Shown here piece after piece: positions 10,769-21,660 of a stretch of DNA of 33,113 nucleotides (positions are counted from its first letter, which is position 1; each line of letters starts with the position of its first letter). A model generated the notes under the pieces. That model made no database searches. It saw only the letters and a list, made by a program, of their open reading frames with translations, and was not told where the DNA came from. The DNA lies in contig JAVEBF010000077.1 in assembly GCA_051941275.1 (NCBI GenBank), positions 1 through 33,113 of the forward strand, written 5' to 3'. This DNA is from Dirinaria sp. TL-2023a (lineage: Eukaryota). A program made the position numbers and the translations under genes.

Positions 10769-12140
10769 ATGTCTCGTCCTTATTCGTATAGACCAAACCA
10801 CTCATACGATGACAGATCACGTGAGGAGAGTAGCATTTCGGTTACTCAAGCTAGTTTTCAGAATCTTGGACTGCATGAGACTGTCGGCACTCACCGCTCA
10901 TCCTCATCTTCATTGCGCGGCCAGGACCAGCGTTCGCCCCGATCAGTATATCGTCGAGCAGAACCCCCATCGAGTTATCTCCAGACCGCGTACAATACAG
11001 GCGGCTACAATCCTGCTCCACCTTCGGAAGCATACATCGATCCTCAGCGTTTGTCATCCAACTATATACCGTCAGCGTCCGAAAATCAAGACTACCTGAA
11101 TCCCTCATCAACCACGCTTTCAAGACCAAATATGGGGTGAGTATCTTAACATGCCTGATCTCGGCCACATTTTTGATCCGTATTGTTTGTAGTTACTCAT
11201 ATGCGCAAGACTTCCATCGAGCTGCCAGTCCTTACCTTTCGTCCAGGTCACCGACTGCTTCAGGTACTGATCCGTATCCACTGGCGGTAGGAGAAAGGCA
11301 CACGCTGACATTGGTAGCTTATTCCTATACTGGCGCAGAGCCTTCCCATCAGCGAAGTATGTCAGGCTTTCCTGGTCCCACCATTCTGCCAAGCTCGACC
11401 AGTGGCCCGGTTGGCCCTCATGAGCTTGAGATTGTTCGGCAACGGCGGCGAGATCTGCATGAGGCTCGCCGTTCGAACAAATTGCGTGTTCGACGAGCGT
11501 TGCCGAGCATCTCAGAGGCTGGGTCGAGCACGGCGCCAGACATGAGCCATTCTATTGACTTTGTTGTAGCGCCTCCTACCACATCGTCGTATGATATGCC
11601 TGGCCATTTCGATCCCTACCGCGGGACTGTCCCCTCGTCGACCTACGTTACCGGGTACCATTCCCACAATCGCTAAGGTTTCTAGCTTTCGCTGATGAAT
11701 TTCGCAGCCCGCCGAATACGTCATCATTGTATCCCAATTACCCGTATGCCCAGGCGCCGTAGTAAGTTGTCAAGGTCTGATCTTTTGGCAGCTCAGCTAA
11801 CGATCTTAGCTCCTCCATGCCTAGCTCCTCCTCGCAATCGCCACGGTCGGCTACCAGCCAGCGAGGTTCTACTGCCCCCTCGCCAAGCGGAGAACAGGCG
11901 ATACGAGTGGTTGGAGAGCCTCGTTCCCGGCCGCAATGTTGGGACCATGGATGTAACGGTCGTCAATTCTCGACATTCAGCAATCTCCTGAGGCACCAGC
12001 GTGAGAAGTCGGGGCTGGCGGCCAAGTCGACTTGCCCTCGGTGCGGGGCCGAATTTACGCGCACCACTGCCCGGAATGGTCACGTTGCAGAGGGCAAATG
12101 CACGAGGTCAGATCGCCGCAAAAGCCCTCATGACCGCTAG
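10769..12140 (+). CDS. Fungal zinc-finger (C2H2-like) transcription factor with S/P/Y-rich N-terminus
   Basis: ATG at 10769. Introns needed for an open frame: 11137-11192, 11655-11707, 11762-11809. Optional in-frame introns: 11264-11317, 11357-11569. C-terminal [47 protein letters not shown]. Confidence 0.82.
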
Positions 12141-12860
12141 CGAATGGGCGCCTCGCATTAATGGCGTTATGCATGCACGCATCGGGTGGTCGGGGGTTGT
12201 ATTTTGACAACTCATCGTAGCACCTGCGTCTGGGCGCCACCAATAACTTTTTTTGATTGGGATTTTCAGGCGTTTGATCACGAAGGTAACAACAAATCGA
12301 GCATTTGCATTATTGGGATGGTTTTAGGGCTAAGGTACTAGTGAGGGGATTCCTTGGAGCACATAAAGGGCAGGATGAGGACGGGATGGCGCTGTCCAGC
12401 AAATTTTGGAGCTTGCAGCCCATACATAGATTGAAAATATCAGGCGACAGTACAGTACATTGAATCGTTCTTGTGGCTTTCAAATGTCATTATTGGTATC
12501 ACTACCTAGGTCCCCCAGTAACAAGCCAGCGAGCCCTTTCGACTGGCAAATGTACCTTACGGATGCGACACGCCAGACAGCACCAGCGCCAAGGCTCGAC
12601 TCTCATTAGGTATTACCTCGATTACCGAACATTTACTAATGCACTTGACTAAGACGGAATAAGCGCGCCCCCTATGTACCTACCTTATGTCTCTGTTGTT
12701 AGTAGTAAGGTGTAAGTATGTAGGTACTGTACTATACTTTTTCTAATTCCTTCTGGATTTGATGTGTTTGTACAAGCCCTGCGCGGCTGTTGTGGGTTGT
12801 AGGCAGTGTCTTGTTTCAGGCGAGGGGACAGCGAGTCAGCGACAGCGCTGTGACTGGACC

Positions 12861-12909
12861 GAGAAACCGAGAAACCGAGAAAACGAGAAACCGAGAGACC
12901 GAAGAGACC
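12861..12909. repeat. Imperfect 8-bp tandem repeat (GAGAAACC)
   Basis: About 6 degenerate copies: gagaaacc gagaaacc gagaaaac gagaaacc gagagacc gaagagacc. Confidence 0.85.
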
Positions 12910-13024
12910 GTCGAGCCTCGGGCGGGAAGATCGGCGCTAAATCAGCCGGTCTTGGCGCTTCAACTCAACGATCAAGAAAGAGGGACGGGTCGAGCGAGTC
13001 ATGAGTCTCCTCCATCGAGTCATA

Positions 13025-13048
13025 CCTTGCCTTGCCTTGCCTTGCCTT
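13025..13048. repeat. (CCTTG)n microsatellite
   Basis: About 4.8 CCTTG units upstream of the GTPase gene. Confidence 0.85.
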
Positions 13049-13564
13049 CAAGTACCCTACATGTAATCTTACCTTACTATCTTAGCCTCATACCGTAAGT
13101 ATCCATGCTTACTAGGTGATACTCTTCCATTTCTCTCTACCTACCTACCTTACATCCTCGTTCAGCTTGGACCACTTTTCCAGCTAGGCCTTTTATCCTC
13201 CCCTACAGAGGCGATATTTGATCAGTGCAACCAACGTCTACAGAAATTGTAAGACAAAACTCTTGTCTTCCGTCCAAGAATTTCTCTGCCCGCTTCATCA
13301 ATTCGATATGGCGACGACAATACGCCATTGATCAGTAGGCATCTTTGACATCTACGTGCCCCCCCAAAGGCCCACCGGAAGCCGTCAACATGCTTCCCCT
13401 CTTGTCACAGCTGTTTCGCATCCACTATTCCCATACAAACACACGTTCTTTAGCGCTCACACGCACTATTGCAATACATTGGCGGCATAGTATACGACGG
13501 TAAACTGTGTATCATCGTGCTTGAGCTATTCACTGGGCCGGACCTGCACTGCCTTGGGTTGGGA

Positions 13565-16273
13565 ATGGCGTCTATATTTACATTTGATCCGGATCCTCCA
13601 AGAGTGGCTTCTCCATGGAGACATCTGGGCGGGCCAAGCCTTGAAATCCCTCCGACAGCCGAAAGTGTCGCGCTTGACGCATCGCCGAATCACGAAAAGC
13701 TTGATTACCGCACAACGAAGCTTGAGGCTGAGCCGCAGGATGGCCCCGTGGAGTATAAGCTGCATTTGTTGCTAAGGCCGAGACGAAGACTGTCAGCATC
13801 ATCAACCGTCCTCCATGTCTCCGGATCGCATCAATCGAAGCCCGCGGCAACCACTTCCGTGGCTAAGAGTGCTGCAACGGCTCGGTTGCCATCCTTCGCA
13901 GCGCCCACCAGTCAGTCGAAGCATAACCGACTCCAGAGCCTGACGACGCAGTTGCTGTGGCGTCTGCAACAATCATCGCCATTTCACTCTCAGTCCAAAT
14001 CTGATCTTGTCATCCCTACCATCTGGGCCGGTAAAGAAGACACTTTGGCTTCAGATGGGCCCAGGAGACTTCTTCCGGGACTCGAAGAGAGTCATGGTGC
14101 ATTGTACGAAATTGGCGTCTCAGATGATGGTACGCTGGTTGGACTCACCAAAGACGAGCTTGAGGAAAGTTTATCAACTCTGAGCATTATGGCATCCAGT
14201 CTTGGCTGCAGAGTCGACGTACTGAGGAGGGTGACGGTCGGAAATTGTCAATGGACTGAAGAAAGCCACCATCCCTCGAAGCCAATCAAGATTGTGCACG
14301 ATGAACCTTTGTGGGTAGCAGAGGCTCAAGTGGTACCAGTTTTGAAAGACCGGAAGTCAGGCCCCCCCTCTACCATCCCAGAAATAAACAACGTAACTCA
14401 TCCTGGAACTAATGATGCCCTCCCGAATACGATGTGCGGCGATGCTGCCAATCAGGTAGAACAGATGCGGGTTTCGTTAACAGGAAGTACCACTTCTGGT
14501 AAATCATCGCTTCTAGGCACATTGTCTACATCCACTCATGATAATGGGCGGGGTAAGAGTAGATTGAGCCTTTTAAAACACCGCCATGAAATTTCTTCAG
14601 GCGTAACCTCGTCGATTGTCGCGGAATTGATGGGGTATAAGCATGAGTCTCCTGTAACCGGTACAAGCGTTGTTAATTTTGCGGCCGGCAACGTCTCGTC
14701 ATGGAACGACATCCATAGTGCCTGCGATGTTGGCCGATTAGTGGTCTTAACAGACTCTGCCGGGCATCCAAGGTACCGACGTACCACTGTCCGGGGCTTG
14801 ATGTCATGGGCTCCACATTGGACGATATGCTGTGTGGCCGCAGACGACGAGGAGCACAACACCGGCAAGACGGGCGCCACTACGTCTTCTCAAGACGTTC
14901 TAGGGTCTACAGGTGCTGGTATCGATTTAACAAGATCGCACCTTGAGCTTTGTCTGCGCCTGGATCTGTCACTCGTTGTAGTCATAACCAAGCTTGATCT
15001 TGCATCTAGCGTTGGATTGCGGGAGACACTCAAGAAGGTTTTGACGATTCTGAAAGCTGCTGGCCGCCAGCCAGTGGTCCTTTCTACGAATAAAAGCAAC
15101 GAGGCTTGCCAGCGGCTGCAATGGGTCTCAGAGGCTGATGAGTCCGAAGTGGCAGATTTAGTCAAAAGAATGAACACCCATCTCCGGACTAGCGTCGTCC
15201 CAATCGTTTTGACTAGCGCAGTCACCGGAGCTGGTATCTGCCAAGTTCATACTCTACTACGACAGCTTCCTATAAATTGCGCAGGTGCCAATTCTAAAGC
15301 TTCTCAGACAAAAGATCAAGAGTCGAATGGGCCGGAAGATCTTTTCCACATAGACGAAGTATTTACAACGTCAGTTGCGAGCTCAATCGCTCTCTTAGAT
15401 GGCAGCAAATCCATAAATGGGCACATCCTCAGTGGTCATCTATCATACGGCACCCTCCACATAGGAGACATTGTTTTTGTGGGCCCGTTCAGTGGCGACC
15501 CTGATACCGAGCATTTTGGCGATCACAAGGTGCATCAAACAAAATCTTGTCCCGTGCTTGAGGGCTCAAGCACTCCCGCCACGAAACGGCCTGTTTCACG
15601 ACATTCGCCTGGAAACTTTGGCGGTTCAGATTCGGGCCCACCAACGAATGAGTCTTACCTAGACAGTCCAGCATGGCGGAAAGTGCGAGTGGTAAGTCTG
15701 CGAAACCTTCGACTACCCGTTCGCCACCTGCAGGCTGGGCAAGTTGGAACTGTAGGGGTTGCTTGTGAAGATGTTGAGCATCCCATGGTTGGTGAATCTA
15801 TTGCGCACATAGCATCGGCATTTCGAATCCGCAAGGGCATGGTACTCGTGCATGGATCTACCGATTTCATGCGAGAACAACCTCCATCGTATCGAGGCTT
15901 CAAAGCACTCTTTGACTCCGATCGCATTTCCACTGTTCCCATAGGCAGCTCAGTCATCGTCTACATAGCCAGCATTCGAGCGTCAGCGAAAATCTTAAGC
16001 GTTCATAATGCTACCAAAGCTATTTCGCAGGACGAGATATTTAGCTTTGATAATTGCGAGGCCGATGACGTCCATGCTAGCAAAACAATGGAGACTAATC
16101 ATGATCCAGAAGAAACAGAGGTTGCTTTCGGTTTCCTTGCTTCCCGAGAGTGGTTCGAGTGTGGAAAGGAAGTCCTTGTCATGCCTGAAAGGGCGGATGC
16201 GGGAGGTGCGGGTTTGGAGGGCATTGTGGGCATTATCAAAGAACCTCTTTGCAGCTGTCTTACGAAGGTTTGA
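13565..16273 (+). CDS. GTPBP1/GTPBP2-like translational GTPase (fungal, long form)
   Basis: Probable ATG at 13565 (MASIFTFDPDPPRVASPW). N-terminal EPQDGPVEYKLHLL and ALYEIGVSDDG; G1 GSTTSGKSS followed by DNGRGKSRLSLLKHRHEISSGVTSS; G3 DSAGH; G4 TKLD; G5 SAVTG; then EF-Tu-like domain II elements (FHIDEVF, SG..GPF, RKGMV). Confidence 0.87.
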   Translation: MASIFTFDPDPPRVASPWRHLGGPSLEIPPTAESVALDASPNHEKLDYRTTKLEAEPQDGPVEYKLHLLLRPRRRLSASSTVLHVSGSHQSKPAATTSVAKSAATARLPSFAAPTSQSKHNRLQSLTTQLLWRLQQSSPFHSQSKSDLVIPTIWAGKEDTLASDGPRRLLPGLEESHGALYEIGVSDDGTLVGLTKDELEESLSTLSIMASSLGCRVDVLRRVTVGNCQWTEESHHPSKPIKIVHDEPLWVAEAQVVPVLKDRKSGPPSTIPEINNVTHPGTNDALPNTMCGDAANQVEQMRVSLTGSTTSGKSSLLGTLSTSTHDNGRGKSRLSLLKHRHEISSGVTSSIVAELMGYKHESPVTGTSVVNFAAGNVSSWNDIHSACDVGRLVVLTDSAGHPRYRRTTVRGLMSWAPHWTICCVAADDEEHNTGKTGATTSSQDVLGSTGAGIDLTRSHLELCLRLDLSLVVVITKLDLASSVGLRETLKKVLTILKAAGRQPVVLSTNKSNEACQRLQWVSEADESEVADLVKRMNTHLRTSVVPIVLTSAVTGAGICQVHTLLRQLPINCAGANSKASQTKDQESNGPEDLFHIDEVFTTSVASSIALLDGSKSINGHILSGHLSYGTLHIGDIVFVGPFSGDPDTEHFGDHKVHQTKSCPVLEGSSTPATKRPVSRHSPGNFGGSDSGPPTNESYLDSPAWRKVRVVSLRNLRLPVRHLQAGQVGTVGVACEDVEHPMVGESIAHIASAFRIRKGMVLVHGSTDFMREQPPSYRGFKALFDSDRISTVPIGSSVIVYIASIRASAKILSVHNATKAISQDEIFSFDNCEADDVHASKTMETNHDPEETEVAFGFLASREWFECGKEVLVMPERADAGGAGLEGIVGIIKEPLCSCLTKV

Positions 16274-16949
16274 CGCTCTGACTAATTTAAAGTATTCATG
16301 GAGTCGGTCCAGTCGACTATTTCCTCTGTAATTCGTACTAGACATCAAATGACTCTCGTCCTGACCGCATAGGACTCGTCACATGCAGCTTGAGGGCATT
16401 GGTGAAGGCTTTACGCTGAAAAAGATATATCGTATCCATCAACGCTTGTGAACGTACAAGACAGGCATATTAGGCAGCTACGCAGACCCTTTCATCTCTG
16501 ACACACTTTTCAATATCTTAGAGGAGGCATCTTCAGCTTTTCAGCCCACTAAAGTCGAGTTTCCGTCCGACCACGACCGTGGACGCCAGTGGAACGTCGT
16601 AGCCCCAGCATCATTGTCTCACTCGACACTCAGCGATGCACTCTTTCCCAGAGTTTGGCATATGTAGGCATATGGATCGAGTCGTGAGTACTAGCGTATT
16701 TGCTCCACCACGAAATAACATACCTACCTTACCTCCTCACCTTACTACACCAGCTTCTTGAATTACAGGAGGTACATCATCTTCACCGTTATTTGCTCGC
16801 GTCACCATGACTGCAGGTGTACATGACAATTGGCAAAATCCTGTTCGAAGAAAGTGCTTCCTCGATGACTCTGACGCTCTTCAACGGCGTAGGATATGCG
16901 ACCGAAATCAAGAAGTTGATCACCAATACTCAATGGCTACACCAAAGGT

Positions 16950-17883
16950 CAAGACTATGTCACTGGCCTTAGACTCTTCTCCCTCCCACAAAATCTCAAA
17001 GCACGCCAAAAAGCACAGCTGCATGCGTCACGAGTATGCAGTAATTCATGTTAGCTGCATCTGCTGGTATGCTCGGCGGCCAGAGGCAGAAAACAGGATG
17101 ATGGCTTCATATGCGATCGCAAGCACGTTGACGGCAGGTCCAAGGATACCGCCCACGTACCAAGGGCCCAGCTCAGCTCGAACCCAGCAGCGTTAGTAAG
17201 CTCAGTTCCCGCATCACGAGGATGCTGAATGCGGCCAGTAATATGCCGCCAAAGCAGAAGCCCGACTGCCAGCAGGCAGGACCCAGATAATCCAGCAACA
17301 CAAATGGAGACCATGTTGTTGAAAGCAGTAGATGAGCCTAGTATGATCAGCGACAGAAGACTGGATATTACAGTGGAGAAGACAATCGTTATCACATTGA
17401 AGCCAGACCGCCCAATGAAACACATGTCGCCACAGTTCCTGCCCAAATAAACAGAAATCCAAATACAAAACCCGCGGGCCCTCCACCATGATCTGCGAAT
17501 CAGCCGTTTTCAAATGGGATTAGTGTGTTCTTGAAATATACTTGAGAATGGCGACATCGAAAATGCTACTAAGCGCTTCCGCCAATACAACCCCGACTTT
17601 GCTGCCAGTCATTACATGGACACAGCTTCCCAGGTTATCAAAAACAAACATGTGAAACCAAGGATCTACAAGCCAAAGTTGCGCTTTCAATTTTCAGTCT
17701 TGCAATATTCATTCCAAATCCTGAAGGAACACGCAATTTTAAGATTGGTAATTTTCCCAATTGACTGAGTGCGTCACGCGGCTGCTCATCTAAATCGATT
17801 CCGTCTCCAGGAACATGACTTGGAGAGAAATTCTTTCCGAAGCCAAGGCTGGGGGACTCTTTGTCTTTTCTTTGGAACTCCAT
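16950..17883 (-). pseudogene. Amino acid/GABA/choline permease (APC family) pseudogene
   Basis: N-terminus ..LSQLGKLPILK|RNFGL*ILGFTCLFLITWEAV has TAG at 17666-17668. C-terminal part LLSLIILGSSTAFNNMVS..LLWR..ELSW/GPW (frameshift near 17168)..F/CLWPPSIPADAANMNYCIL (second frameshift), followed by further stops. The central transmembrane region appears to be missing. The 3' end coordinate is approximate. Confidence 0.85.
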
Positions 17884-19870
17884 ATCACTCAATTGTTCGC
17901 GATGAAAGAACAGGAAAAAAGCGATGAGTCTAGGAAAATAAACAGCTACTGTCACAACCGAGCTGGAGCGATGACAAGTCTCCACAGGAAACGGCAGAGG
18001 AACGTGGACCTCGCCATAAATCTCCCAAAATGGCGGCGCTCATTTCACGCAAGCATTGCCTACAAACGTGCAGGAATCGATGCACCATTTACTTCGTGAT
18101 GCCCAATCGGCTTCTGCCCGGAAGACCCAATATGCGCCACCGCGTCAAGTTGCTGATCCTTTGATGTCAATCTTCCAAGCTGCATTGATGGCAAGCAAAT
18201 CATGGAAGAGATGTATAAGTAGACCAATGCGTAAACGTAATTGGGCCAAAGGGCGGAGCATTGGGGTAACACAAATGCATGATATTCGGCGTCTATCTTA
18301 TGATTGGCAAGAGAGGTACATACTTGTCGTACGTAAGGTATCCACCACGGTTCACACCGCGTTCCCCGTTAAAAGCGACTAACCGGCGCACCCCCTAAGG
18401 TAAGGTAGTCGCCTTTAGGAGCGAATGCGACGAGGGGGTGCGCCTCTTAGGCTGGTTAGTCTGCATCCAAACGCTTAGCGCTAACCGCGACTGCGCAAAG
18501 CTCTAAAAGACGCGTTAGAGAGTGGCTGGCTCCCTCACAGAATCTTATCAAGTCCATTCCACACCACCACGAAAACGGACATCTGTGCATGGATGCCGGC
18601 ATGGAGGACGCACACTCCACCTCGCCAACATACTTTCAGAGACGATCCATAGACCAATGGACAAAACAGAAGATTCCTAGTTCTACTGGCTGTCCGTGCT
18701 GCATACATCTCGAGAAACGGTTAGATGGCAAGCTTGACTCAGATCGTATTTAGTCCACTACTCAAATATTATAGGTAGCCTGCCTGTAAAGGCGCTAAAA
18801 GTACCTGAGCGTCACGTCTCTAGACGATCATTGCGGGTCACGCACGTGGCTTCGAGTGCAAGCGCCTCAAAAAGAAGCATAAGGTAATGGAGGGATGAAA
18901 ACGAGCATTAGTGGTCGCACTTCTTACTTTTTGACCGTCCAAGGCGATCACCTAGGACTGAGGAACCATCTGCTTCATATTTCCAGCACTACCTACAATA
19001 CGATAACCGTATGCTACACGCCACAGTCGTAATGCTTGTACACGATTGGGCGACCAGAATTATTTTGACATGTGACTGAGGATGTGGGAGGACAGGCGAG
19101 TATCATTCCATAAGCTCTCTCAGGCCCTGTGAAATTCGACAGCAAAGGGTTTGCTGCTGCTTGTTGATCTTTTTTTGCGAATTGCCGTATTTTTGGAATT
19201 CATATTATTATGTGGCATATGCGAACCTACCTAATCTTTCTGAAATTATCCCATTTCGTTTTCGTACATGCCTCTTTTGCAGCAGGATTCTTTCAATTTA
19301 CTCATTGGTCTCTGTATTCTCTACTTGTTGATCCATGGACGCGGGTTTGGCGTAGCGGGTATAAGAATCGCAGATTTTGAGAACATTGAACTGGAGCCTA
19401 GTCTAAAGAGGTGTTTTTTAGGGTAGTTTTTCTTCTTCCAGGTAGCTGGCACTCGACTCAAAGTCCTTTCGAAGTGGCTGGGCTTTAAGTGGAAATTTCA
19501 CTCGTTGAGCGTGTTTTTATTCCGTCCTCGTTGGCTGGATGTGGATCTTGCCCGGCGTGCGAAAAGAGTGTGTGTTGCTTTTTGCTTCACTCTCAAGGAA
19601 TCAATGGAAGACTTTTGGGGAAGGGTAGGGAGAGAACTGATTTGAGTCCAGAATCCTCAGTAATGGAGCTCCAACAATGAGCGTCCGGCACAACACGCAT
19701 GCGATAAAGGTCGTCTGAAGAGCGAAAATAGCATGGTCGTATCACTCAATTAATACCACAACTCCTTCCTCTTGCAATGCCCGATACTCCAAAATCAAAT
19801 CGCCCATTAGCAGCACCACAATTCTCTCGAGACCCACGCTTTTGTACCGCGCGTCTTTTTCTGGCTTCCC

Positions 19871-20205
19871 CTAAACACCAACGAATCTTACAAATTCGAA
19901 TTCCTGATCTTCGAGAATGGGACTTAAGCAAAAGTAACCAAAACAGCATGCAAATTGGTCGGGTAGGGTAACATTCGACGAGCAGCCCTCGCCTAGCGTT
20001 TGGCAGGCCCTGGACACAATCTGGGGTGTTTTGGTACAAAGAACGGGTATTGGCAAGATTCGATCATGATCCGGTGATATAGTAACCAGGAGTGAACGGC
20101 AAAAATTTCATGTGGGGGGTTTTTTTGGTGAGAACTCTTTCTTACCTTGGGCCCAGTCAAGGCTGAGATGATGAAGAGCATGCTGCTGAGCGCGGGGAAC
20201 TTCAT
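19871..20205 (-). CDS. Candidate small secreted cysteine-rich (knottin-like) peptide
   Basis: Exon 1 20205-20146 encodes MKFPALSSMLFIISALTGPK (signal-peptide-like). Intron GTAAGA..CAG 20145-20021. Exon 2 from 20020: IVSRACQTLGEGCSSNVTLPDQFACCFGYFCLSPILEDQEFEF. The 3' end is uncertain because of a GTAAGA donor at 19891. Confidence 0.55.
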
Positions 20206-20869
20206 TTTCGGTGCGTGTGAAGATCTGAGGTTGTGTGGTTCTATGGAGGAGGGTTGGGATTCAAGGAAGTTTTTTTTTTGGTTTCTGGATCCGAGGAGTA
20301 GTGCGGTGACCTTTGTCCATTGTTCATGAAACGAAGTAAGGCGCGCTTCTAGCGGTGTATTATATCGAAGTTGGGTCCCTCCTCCACACCATCTCATGAT
20401 TATTCCGCTTCAGACACACCCCGGCTGACCCCGATGAACTTTGCATATAGCAGGTGTGGTCACCACTGCCGAGTGGGTGCCAACCAACTCAAGACCCAAC
20501 CGTCTCTGGGACGCAGAGCATTATCACCTTTTATCAAGCTGTGGAGCTCGGCTTGTCGGAAGTGAGTGAGATAACAACTGCCGAGTGAGCGCCAATCCAC
20601 TCAAGGCCCGACCATCTCCGGGAGACAGCGCAATGTTGCATTCTCCCCAGGTGTGCAGTCCCGAGGAAGCAAATAACAAGAGCCCCCCCACTCTCCTCTG
20701 CAAAGCTGGGGCACTTATTAGCAATCCCGATCCCTAACTTGTGGGTTTCTTGCAGAAATCGGTGAATATTGGTTGCGGCACAGAAAAGCTTAATAGCAAC
20801 CTTGACACATGCTATTGCGCTCAACCTCCCAGTAGACTCGGCCCAGTGACCGACTTGACGACCGTCATA

Positions 20870-21660
20870 ACTATTCCTTGGATTTTTTCCCCCAGACTCA
20901 TTTTTGTGGCTGATAGACACCGACTATTCCGTCTCTGTCAGAGGAGTGAGAGGTGGCCTCCTGTCGATCGGCGTTCCTAGTAGCCATTCGCCAGTCTGAC
21001 GAAGATGCCATCCTTGACCTCATGTCCTGCATGCTAAAGGAGTACTTTACGAAAGCCTGAAGGGATTTTTAATGAGAAAACCCCATACCTAGCACGGAAC
21101 CTCCGGATCATACAACATGAATCTAGAGGAGTGGATTCAATGACTTGACCCTATAACAAAGGCAGCGTATCAAAGGAGTCCTCCAGATACGCCAATCTCT
21201 GAGCACGCTGAGATCACAATGTCCTTTCCGTCTTGAGAACCGAGAGCTTCTCGCTGATGTCCATTGCTTTTGTTCGTGTCATGCAGCAAGAACTAAAAAT
21301 CAATCATTTGAAAATCGACGTTCGAGACGTTTATCAAGAACGACTAATTTTTTGTTCTTGTGTTTCGAATCAGTTTAATGTCTGAACCACGATCTCTCGA
21401 TATAATTGCAATTGAATCGACGGTAAATACTTTTGATATCACCATCAGAGTGCAGTTTCAAATATAATGAAGCGCTAAGGAGAACCAGGTGCAGCTTTCT
21501 CACCATTCTTGGTTGAAAAAATGTTTTCCTTACGACGAGTAAGTTTAACGAGATCGAATTTTGTCTCATTGATTCTTGAGATGAAGGAGGGAAATTTAAT
21601 TCTTTTGACCTTCCACGAACAATTTAATAGTCGCCGATCATGTCCTTCAGAAGAAGCGAG
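20870..21660 (+). pseudogene. Possible highly degraded NRPS/NRPS-like remnant (A-domain end, carrier domain)
   Basis: Frame-broken fragments in the expected order: IPWIFSPRLIFVAD..VDRRS, then VLQI/PISE..MSF../SLMSIAFVRVMQQELKINHLKIDVRDVYQER (carrier-domain-like, but no intact GGDS). Resemblance judged by eye only. Confidence 0.3.

Noticed and set aside
12861..12909. CRISPR-like or coding repeat
   Set aside because: Contiguous 8-bp units with no spacers, in a eukaryotic context; the overlapping ORFs simply translate the repeat.
13469..13564. N-terminal extension of the GTPase ORF
   Set aside because: The ORF track starts at TTG; the first ATG at 13565 gives a plausible N-terminus.
14536..15957. 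Antisense ORFs inside the GTPase gene (and similar shadows over MTQ2, PKR1 and the NLR)
   Set aside because: No motifs; explained as shadows of the real coding strand.
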